Of a DNA stretch of 33,654 bases, positions 1 through 6,367 are shown piece after piece. The notes beneath the pieces are model-generated. The model was not told the origin of the DNA and made no database searches. It saw only the letters and a list, made by a program, of their open reading frames with translations. The DNA comes from Bdellovibrionales bacterium (lineage in GTDB: Bacteria; Bdellovibrionota; Bdellovibrionia; Bdellovibrionales; UBA1609): assembly GCA_020435025.1 (NCBI GenBank), contig JAGRAG010000091.1:1-33654 (forward strand), given 5' to 3'. Position numbers and translations under genes: made by a program. The first letter of the stretch is position 1. Every line of letters starts with the position of its first letter.

Positions 1-426
1 ATTTAGTAACTCCTCTAGAAGTCCTATCAGAGTGTTTTTGAGAATCGGTATTATTTTGGATTCAAAATGCAAAAGGCAGTGAAATAACAATTCAATGAGC
101 AACTGATTGGAAGAAAGAATGCGAGTTTGTTGAAAGCACTTAGATTTTTTATTAAGCAATTTTGGATCCAGATAAAAAATCAATCGCTCTCCCTTTTTAG
201 CGCTGGAATAGAAGGAGTGTGAAACTTCTGAAGGCACAAAGACCATGGACCCCGGGCCAAGTGTCAATTTGTTATGATCAACTTCGAGGGCAATTTCGCC
301 TTGAAGAGGAATGATCACTTGATACTCAGGATGATGGTGCGGAGGAAGTTTCTTTCCTGGTTGATTTTGATGAATAATCATAAAGTCTTCAAACTTTTTG
401 ACTAAATCAATTTCGATTTCACTCAT
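1..426 (-). CDS. Cupin-domain protein, probably the N-terminal ligand-binding part of an AraC-family regulator (partial; continues beyond window start)
   Basis: Absent from the ORF track because it runs off the window. Hand translation of the reverse strand from the ATG (RC of 424-426) gives MSEIEIDLVKKFEDFMIIHQNQPGKKLPPHHHPEYQVIIPLQGEIALEVDHNKLTLGPGSMVFVPSEVSHSFYSSAKKGERLIFYLDPKLL...LIELLFHCLLHFE..., open to nt 1. An AGGAG Shine-Dalgarno sits 4 nt upstream (RC of 427-436 = taggagagaa). The H-x-H...G...H cupin pattern is typical of AraC N-terminal domains. Confidence 0.55.
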   Translation of the reverse strand, partial: MSEIEIDLVKKFEDFMIIHQNQPGKKLPPHHHPEYQVIIPLQGEIALEVDHNKLTLGPGSMVFVPSEVSHSFYSSAKKGERLIFYLDPKLLNKKSKCFQQTRILSSNQLLIELLFHCLLHFESKIIPILKNTLIGLLEELLN

Positions 427-440
427 TTCTCTCCTAAAAC

Positions 441-2975
441 TCAATCGTATCCAAACATGATCGTTTCATCTTGATTTGAGCCGCCAGTATCTGTCTTTGG
501 TTCATACCATGCTTGGAAACGTACATTCGTAGAAAAAAATCTATAACCTGCACCAACATTTTGTACACGAACTTTATAAGGAGCTAAGGACTCGGAACCA
601 GTTTTTACTAAATTAAGCGTCGTAACAGTTCCGCTTGGCGAAATCATATCTATGGTTCCAGGACCGACAGATGCCATCGCAACCCAATCTGCATTGACGT
701 TAATGGCAAACCTATACTTTAGCATACTCGTTGGGACGTACGTTGCAGCACAATTGCCATCTCCATCGGCATACGAGTTCCCAACGATGGGATGATCTGC
801 AATGACTCGAATGGCTTCTTCTTTATAGGCTCCCGACGTCCCTACCCCAGGAATGTTTTTAATGTTTCCTAAAGTCAAAGTGCCTGTACTAGTAGAACTA
901 TCGGAAAAATAGGCGGTGTAAGGGTTTCCTGTTATCGTAGTTGATATCTTTGCGCTCTTTGATGGGAAGCCCAAAATTCCAGGGCTACTGGGGAGAATAG
1001 GATGGGGATCGACAACACGTCCACTGTTGTTAGAATAAACATAAGCGATGATAAGCCCTGAACTGATCAACTCAAATCCGCCATTTGAGCTAATCGAGAA
1101 GGTTTGATTGCTATTTTCTGCAACAAATTGAGTAAATAAATTAGATCCACCACTAGAAATATTAATTGTAGAGTCGGTAAAAGCGTGAACTGTCACGACA
1201 TGAGGGTTGTCTCTAGTTCCCGTAAAATAAAATTCCTTTCCGGCCCAAGAAGATGTGCTCCAAACCATATTGCCTTTATTGACAGCGGACCCACTACCTT
1301 TTCTTCCGGCCACGAAAAATTCTTTATCTGAAGAAAGAATATCATTTAAGGCGCTTGTAAAGACATAAGTGTCGCCAGCATTAGCTAATGTTGTCAAAGT
1401 GGTTCCAGCTGGATAAGTGGCATTTGTCAAAGTGATAACTACTCCTGATTCCATGGCAACGACAGAGCTTTCCGTGGCACCACCAAGGTTAAATGCCGTT
1501 TTTAGATTTGGGTCAAAAAAGGTATCATTTGGTGTGGTAGAGCCTGTAGCCACATTGGAATAAGCTCCCCAAGCTCCATTATAGGCTTTTACACGAAAAT
1601 CATACGAAGAATTTGCGCTAAGGCCTGTAACAGTGGCGGTTGTCGATACAGAGACTCCGTCGACAAAGACATTCCAGATTGAATCTGCAGATAACTTATA
1701 TTCCACTTGGAAATCTGAGACGGGTGGTGCCGCAACGGACTGGGTCCAACCGAGATCAATTTGAAAGGGAGCGATATCGGTAACGCCCAAATTGATAATG
1801 GGAGGAATAATTGGCGATTCATCATCGTTGATTGTAAATGTGTGAGAGGTATTTGCTCCCAAAGTAATTCCCGCAGGAGAAGGGTTCGAAATAGTAATAA
1901 AAAAAGTTTCAGAAGACTCAGAGGCCCCATCGTTTAAAATAGATACGGGTAAATTTACACTTGTAGTCCCAGTTGGAATAATAATAGTTCCCGTGGCACT
2001 AGTGTAGTCTGCTCCCGCGGTGGCCGTTCCTGGCGACATACTATAATCAATGCTAACGTCCGAGGCACATGTGGCACTCATTTCAATAACAATGTTTACA
2101 ATTCCAGCACTTTCAGAATCATTGGAACTAGATTCTCTAAACTGAACCACCTGAGAATTACAGGATGCAGTAAGTATGGATGTATCTGTAAAATTAGTTG
2201 GTATAGTAAATTGATTTTTATCCACTGTAAATTGAATAGGTCCGATCGTATCAGCGCCAATAGTTATAATCGCTGATCGAACCCCTAAGGGGATATTACT
2301 AATGGCAAAATGACCTTGGGCACCTATGTTAATTGTAGTTTGTGAAAAAGTGACTCCTCCAGTTCCATTTGGATGGTAAATATCAATTGTCGCACTGGTA
2401 TCATCAGGATTTCCAATGCCTCCGTTGACTAAAAATCCGTGAACCGTTCCTAAATATAGCGACTGAGGCAGTGCAATGGTAATGTCTTGATCGAGACCGA
2501 CCCCTCCAGCAGCCCCATCAGCCCCCAAACTGACGAGCGTTGGCGGCGATCCCGCTACAGAGTAAACATAGTCATTGCCCCAAGCATCCTTTGTAAAGTC
2601 TTGACCCGTCGTATTTGACTGCAAATATGGCCCGTTCCATCCATGATTCAGTCGATGAGTGGTGTCGGTCGTCCAAGTCGTATGCCCTGTAGGTAATATT
2701 AACAAATCCGTTAGAGCGGATGGCAGGCTTCCAACATCACCAACATAACCAAACTGATTTCTGATTCCGCGGACGGAGGCGTCTGGATTTCCAACTATCG
2801 CATTGCGAATATCAATCATCTCACTGAGGGTTTCATCGTATTTTGATTCGGAGGTTGTTTCAGACACCTCAGATATGGTAACCGTCGTAATCACAGACAA
2901 CAGCATGATGATCATTAACAACTCTATAAGAGTAAAACCCATATTAGCAGATGTCTTATAAAAGGCTCGCAGCAT
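441..2975 (-). CDS. Giant GspG-type pseudopilin (type IV pilin-like N-terminus) fused to Calx-beta-like, FN3-like and unknown C-terminal domains
   Basis: Prepilin leader and cleavage/methylation motif MLRAFYKTSANMG|FTLIELLMIIMLLSVI. GspG-core motifs are present: GWNGPYL, DAWGNDYVY, LVSLGADGAAGG..DQDI. There is a Calx-beta-like stretch SIDYSMSPGTATAGADYTSATGTIIIPTGTTSVNLPVSILNDGASESSETFFITISNP (about nt 1881-2051) and an FN3-like stretch ...FQIDLGWTQ...FQVEYK...TVTGLSANSSYDFRVKAYN... (about nt 1530-1802). The last ~360 aa have no motif I recognise. The protein is very Ser/Thr/Gly/Asn-rich. Confidence 0.8.
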   Translation of the reverse strand: MLRAFYKTSANMGFTLIELLMIIMLLSVITTVTISEVSETTSESKYDETLSEMIDIRNAIVGNPDASVRGIRNQFGYVGDVGSLPSALTDLLILPTGHTTWTTDTTHRLNHGWNGPYLQSNTTGQDFTKDAWGNDYVYSVAGSPPTLVSLGADGAAGGVGLDQDITIALPQSLYLGTVHGFLVNGGIGNPDDTSATIDIYHPNGTGGVTFSQTTINIGAQGHFAISNIPLGVRSAIITIGADTIGPIQFTVDKNQFTIPTNFTDTSILTASCNSQVVQFRESSSNDSESAGIVNIVIEMSATCASDVSIDYSMSPGTATAGADYTSATGTIIIPTGTTSVNLPVSILNDGASESSETFFITISNPSPAGITLGANTSHTFTINDDESPIIPPIINLGVTDIAPFQIDLGWTQSVAAPPVSDFQVEYKLSADSIWNVFVDGVSVSTTATVTGLSANSSYDFRVKAYNGAWGAYSNVATGSTTPNDTFFDPNLKTAFNLGGATESSVVAMESGVVITLTNATYPAGTTLTTLANAGDTYVFTSALNDILSSDKEFFVAGRKGSGSAVNKGNMVWSTSSWAGKEFYFTGTRDNPHVVTVHAFTDSTINISSGGSNLFTQFVAENSNQTFSISSNGGFELISSGLIIAYVYSNNSGRVVDPHPILPSSPGILGFPSKSAKISTTITGNPYTAYFSDSSTSTGTLTLGNIKNIPGVGTSGAYKEEAIRVIADHPIVGNSYADGDGNCAATYVPTSMLKYRFAINVNADWVAMASVGPGTIDMISPSGTVTTLNLVKTGSESLAPYKVRVQNVGAGYRFFSTNVRFQAWYEPKTDTGGSNQDETIMFGYD

Positions 2976-2981
2976 TCTTAA

Positions 2982-3009
2982 ATTATAGCAATGTCATAGG
3001 AATTGACAA
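2982..3009 (-). promoter_or_regulatory. Candidate sigma70-type promoter placed for a leaderless (or nearly leaderless) transcript of the giant pseudopilin gene
   Basis: On the minus strand: TTGTCA (RC of 3004-3009), a 16-nt spacer, TATAAT (RC of 2982-2987), 6 nt (ttaaga), then the ATG (RC of 2973-2975). No Shine-Dalgarno fits between the -10 and the ATG. Confidence 0.4.
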
Positions 3010-3040
3010 GATTTAGATATTATACCTTTCTAAAGAGGAT

Positions 3041-3070
3041 TTGACCATTACAGAGAAAAAGCCATAGAAT
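3041..3070 (+). promoter_or_regulatory. Candidate sigma70-type promoter for the plus-strand pseudopilin pair
   Basis: TTGACC (3041-3046), an 18-nt spacer, then TAGAAT (3065-3070), upstream of the 3086/3113 start. Confidence 0.3.
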
Positions 3071-3112
3071 GATTGGGATGGTGTATTGTCGATTTTTTTT
3101 CCTATTAGAAAA

Positions 3113-3574
3113 ATGCACAAAGTAATGATTTTTAGAAATCAAAACGGATACGGTCTTTGGGGCTTACTTCTCATTATTATTTTAATGACAAGTACAATGA
3201 CTTTTGTGTTGGTGAACCCTACATCAAGTCAATCTAGCAAAGAAATGAAGGATACCATTGAAAAGCTAGACCAGTTACTAGTGGCCATTTCTAAATACCA
3301 ACAAGATCATGCCACAGGGCTGTCACCTGTGAGTTTAAATTATTTACTTTCTGACATAGATGGTGTCGGCTGCAATGCGGATACGACGAATTCTAAAATC
3401 TCCGGTTGGTGTGGCCCATATGTCTCAGTATATTTCCAAGAATTTTTGCAAGAACCATTTATTGATGGCTGGAAGACCAATTTCCATTATGTGAACTCCG
3501 GTACTTTGAGGAGCTTTGGACCAAATCGGACAGATGATAGTGGAGGCGGAGATGATATTACGCGAACTTTTTAA
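3113..3574 (+). CDS. GspG-fold pseudopilin-like protein with a degenerate N-terminal motif (no Glu5)
   Basis: The track ORF starts at TTG 3086; I prefer the first ATG at 3113 (MHKVMIFRNQNG|YGLWGLLLIIILM...). The hydrophobic N-terminal helix follows a Gly, but the canonical G-F-T-L-I-E is replaced by G-Y-G-L-W-G. The C-terminal part keeps GspG-like motifs: SGWCGPYV, DGWKTNFHYV, SFGPNRTDDSGGGDDI. The start codon is uncertain. Confidence 0.5.
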   Translation: MHKVMIFRNQNGYGLWGLLLIIILMTSTMTFVLVNPTSSQSSKEMKDTIEKLDQLLVAISKYQQDHATGLSPVSLNYLLSDIDGVGCNADTTNSKISGWCGPYVSVYFQEFLQEPFIDGWKTNFHYVNSGTLRSFGPNRTDDSGGGDDITRTF

Positions 3575-4358
3575 TACATCAGGATTTTCACTCATTGAAA
3601 TGCTTATGGTTTTAATTTTGGTTGGAATTTTGTCTGTTTCCTCAATAGAGTATATTTCGGGATCACTAGATGAATCTCGATTCGACCAAACTTTACTAGA
3701 AATGCAAGCCATTCAGCAAGCCATCGTTGGAAACCCTGATATGAAGGAAAATGGTTCGAGAGTGAGCTTTGGTTATTTTGGTGATGTCGGGGCCATGCCT
3801 GCTACTATTTCGGATCTCATTGTGAAACCAGCCAGTATTGCTGCTTGGAGCATCGATAATACCAGACGTATGGCTTATGGATGGAATGGCCCTTATCTCG
3901 TCGGAGGCAATTCTGGTACGGATTATACAACGGATGGTTGGGGTAACTCTTATGTTTACTCACCAGCTGCAAGTCCGCCAACTTTGGTGAGTTTAGGTGC
4001 AGATGGCTTAGCAGGAGGAACCGGGTATAACCAGGACATAACGATTAGTTTTCCTGCTAACGAAAGACTGGCCACTGTTGAAGGCTTTGCTTCGGATACA
4101 GGTGGTCCCTTTGCAGGGGCGGCTGAAGCTGAAATCAATTATCCCGATGGTACTGGGGGAGTAACGAGTTCATTAGACACAGATTTGTCCTCCGAAAATG
4201 GACACTTTTCTTTTAGTAATATTCCCTTTGGAGTTCGGTCAATTTCCTTATATGAGCCAACAAAAGCAGGAGTAAATAGCCAAGTTGGACCGATTGTCAT
4301 TACCATTGATAGTCCGAATGCTCTTGTTCCCTCAAATTTAATTGATTTTAATCCTTGA
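3552..4358 (+). CDS. GspG-type pseudopilin with a C-terminal beta-sandwich (carboxypeptidase-regulatory-like) extension; paralog of the N-terminal third of the 844-aa protein
   Basis: The track ORF begins at 3516. I prefer ATG 3552, preceded by GGAGG (3542-3546), which gives the leader MILRELFNTSG|FSLIEMLMVLILVGILSV. Motifs GWNGPYL, DGWGNSYVY and LVSLGADGLAGGTGYNQDI align colinearly with the 441-2975 protein, including GHFSFSNIPFGVRSI versus GHFAISNIPLGVRSA. It overlaps the upstream gene by 23 nt in another frame. Confidence 0.8.
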   Translation: MILRELFNTSGFSLIEMLMVLILVGILSVSSIEYISGSLDESRFDQTLLEMQAIQQAIVGNPDMKENGSRVSFGYFGDVGAMPATISDLIVKPASIAAWSIDNTRRMAYGWNGPYLVGGNSGTDYTTDGWGNSYVYSPAASPPTLVSLGADGLAGGTGYNQDITISFPANERLATVEGFASDTGGPFAGAAEAEINYPDGTGGVTSSLDTDLSSENGHFSFSNIPFGVRSISLYEPTKAGVNSQVGPIVITIDSPNALVPSNLIDFNP

Positions 4359-4524
4359 TTACCAAATTTTTTAGATTTTTGATTTCATGATATATTTTTT
4401 GAGCTCCCTGAATTCTTTTGTTGTGACTCATATTGAGATCTTTTCAAAGAACTTTCTAGATTAATTTTTATCGATTTTCGAAATTAAGATCTAGTAACTG
4501 ATTCAACATTCCGAAAAGTTCGAT

Positions 4525-5547
4525 ATGTTTACAATTAGGACTTCTCAATTTTTTAGACCTCTATTATTTGGAATAACGTCTATCTTATCTCTATTTCTGG
4601 TTCACTGCACTCGAGACAAAGGAGATCAAACTCGATTTGCGATCGTTGTAGAAAAGTCAGAAGTTCAAAAAAAGATAAGCGCATTAGAAGCTACCTGGCC
4701 TCCTACAGATCGTAAAGTTTGCTATGCAGTGAACGTCACGGCTCCTGATCTTCCAGCAACAAATTCGGGATGTGGCCCTGCTGAGGGAGTCAAAAGTCCC
4801 TTTGTTGAATCGGGGTCAACCATTGAAATGTTAGTCAAATTAGGAAGCGCTCGAAAGATTGAGGTGTTCGCTTATGTGGCTCCCACCTTGAACTCACCTT
4901 GTCCCGCTTGGACCTTTTCTTGTGATTCTCTCAAGTACTGCAATATGTACAAAGTAGCAGAAAAGACAGATGTAGAGATGTCGTCGGCAGTGACAGAGGT
5001 GACTTTAACGGCGGTCTTTCCGGGTTGGGATCAGTCGGCGACGCAGATTGCAGGACAACAGCAAGTCTGTAATGGTAAAATCAATGCAATGCTCTTTTCT
5101 AATGGCGACATAAAAGATGGAAGCGGTTTGACACTGACTTCTGATCTGTCAGACCCGACAAATGAATCCTTTTTCGGAAAGGATGTGTTTGATCAAGGTA
5201 TAATGACTTCTTACAGTCTTTTAAAAGATAGCCTCATATTCTCTGTCCCTCCTCAGGTTCGTTCCTTGACAAAAAGTCCTGAAACAGGCGAGTACTACGG
5301 ACTTATAGGGGCAGGAGAGCTGGTCAAGGTGGACCCGGCGACGGGTCAGTATGAATCCTTGGCTGCGAATTGTCCTTTTGCATCCTGCTCCTTACCAGCA
5401 TGGTTTCAAAGTATTAGTGTCGGTATGGAAAACCAAATCTACGGTCTCGACCATGGTGGTGCAATTTATAAGGTAACTGGATCTTCGTCGATAGAAAGTC
5501 TGCCGGCTACGGTCCCCAAAAATGTAACACAGGTATCTTATCATTAG
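4525..5547 (+). CDS. Putative lipoprotein of unknown function, with a repeat-like (beta-propeller-like?) C-terminus
   Basis: Signal peptide with a lipobox-like ...LSLFLVH|C. The C-terminal region has recurring G-x-x-Y-x-(L/V) segments: GEYYGLIGAGELVKVDPATGQYESL and NQIYGLDHGGAIYKVTG. There is no strong SD. Confidence 0.55.
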   Translation: MFTIRTSQFFRPLLFGITSILSLFLVHCTRDKGDQTRFAIVVEKSEVQKKISALEATWPPTDRKVCYAVNVTAPDLPATNSGCGPAEGVKSPFVESGSTIEMLVKLGSARKIEVFAYVAPTLNSPCPAWTFSCDSLKYCNMYKVAEKTDVEMSSAVTEVTLTAVFPGWDQSATQIAGQQQVCNGKINAMLFSNGDIKDGSGLTLTSDLSDPTNESFFGKDVFDQGIMTSYSLLKDSLIFSVPPQVRSLTKSPETGEYYGLIGAGELVKVDPATGQYESLAANCPFASCSLPAWFQSISVGMENQIYGLDHGGAIYKVTGSSSIESLPATVPKNVTQVSYH

Positions 5548-5620
5548 AGTGTGCACAAATTTAAGGAGGACTTCTTGCGATTTATATTAAGATCGCTAGA
5601 ATGAGAAAAAAGGAGTTTCT

Positions 5621-6367
5621 ATGAAGATGGTTTATTGGATTTTATGGCTGTGTTGTTTTAGCTTCGCTGAAGCTCGTACCGTTAACGTAATGATTGCCGA
5701 TAAACAGATCGCTCTAACGAATCCCTCAACGGTACCAGTAACATTTAATGTGAGCTGCTACGACTCTGCTGGTAGCCAACTAGTGAATCTTTCCGGAGAG
5801 ACTTTGGCTCCGAATGCCTCAAAAGTTTATGGAGGAAGTGTCGACATTTCTACGGTTTCCAACAATGATGCATGTTCAGCATCTGCCGTGATGGGCTACT
5901 TTTCCCACGTCAGTTGTGGATCGACTCTACAAGCAAAAATCTGCCCTGGAAGTGTGACTTATGCAAATGCATCGACTCTATGTGGACCTGGTTTAACTAT
6001 ATGTAAATACCTTCCTGGAAATTTCATGTCTTGTTCGGGACTAGCGGGATACTGGATGGCTCCTCCCGAAAGTGGAACTTTTGCTGCTTCAGCGGATGGA
6101 GGATGCACCTATAACTCTCTTACGGGAGCCCAGGGGATCGTTGTGTCCGATTACTACAGCTGTAGTTCGGCAGTGTATGGTCAAAAATGCCAAGTCAATG
6201 GAACAGATACAGTCAACTATGGATGTGGATTAGATAACGTTACGGCTTCATATGGAACGGTTTGCTGTGCCCTTCCATCGTCATCTTTCTGCAAAGTGAC
6301 GATCACTACCACAGATGTGAACGCTCATCTTTCAAGCCCTGGCTTTAAAGGGGGAGCTCCTTTTTAA
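5621..6367 (+). CDS. Secreted cysteine-rich protein, unknown function
   Basis: AAGGAG SD about 6 nt upstream of ATG 5621. Signal peptide MKMVYWILWLCCFSFAEA|RT. The mature part has 14 Cys, and I recognise no catalytic motif. Confidence 0.6.
   Translation: MKMVYWILWLCCFSFAEARTVNVMIADKQIALTNPSTVPVTFNVSCYDSAGSQLVNLSGETLAPNASKVYGGSVDISTVSNNDACSASAVMGYFSHVSCGSTLQAKICPGSVTYANASTLCGPGLTICKYLPGNFMSCSGLAGYWMAPPESGTFAASADGGCTYNSLTGAQGIVVSDYYSCSSAVYGQKCQVNGTDTVNYGCGLDNVTASYGTVCCALPSSSFCKVTITTTDVNAHLSSPGFKGGAPF

Noticed and set aside
1589-1930. 113-aa ORF on the minus strand nested in another frame inside the giant pseudopilin gene. Similar nested ORFs are 3425-3712, 3956-4138, 9302-9505, 10384-10650, 10688-11585, 12921-13166, 13654-13872, 15285-15734, 16950-17183, 17493-17759, 17809-18220, 19018-19264, 21565-21780, 22018-22744, 24856-25125, 25522-25863, 25964-26173, 28201-28833, 29032-29295, 29752-29991 and 32156-32513.
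   Set aside because: Each lies entirely within, or antisense to, a longer ORF that has strong family motifs. None has an SD or motif support, and their compositions are odd (Leu/Ser/Arg-rich, as is typical of off-frame translation). I treat them as frame shadows.
3003-3008. Perfect TTGACA -35 hexamer on the plus strand in the divergent pseudopilin spacer.
   Set aside because: No acceptable -10 sits 16-18 nt downstream; the nearest TA-rich hexamers are 9-12 nt away. It is the near-palindromic complement of the minus-strand TTGTCA -35, which does have a TATAAT partner.
3086-4358. Possibility that 3086-3574 and 3516-4358 are one pseudopilin gene broken by a frameshift (a pseudogene).
   Set aside because: Each ORF has its own hydrophobic pilin-like N-terminus and its own complete GspG-like C-terminal signature. 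The second has a good GGAGG-ATG start at 3552. Two overlapping, translationally coupled genes is the simpler reading.
441-4358. Calling this a type II secretion or type IV pilus gene cluster.
   Set aside because: Only pilin-like subunits are present. No secretin, assembly ATPase, platform protein or prepilin peptidase is seen anywhere in the window, so the machinery cannot be identified here.
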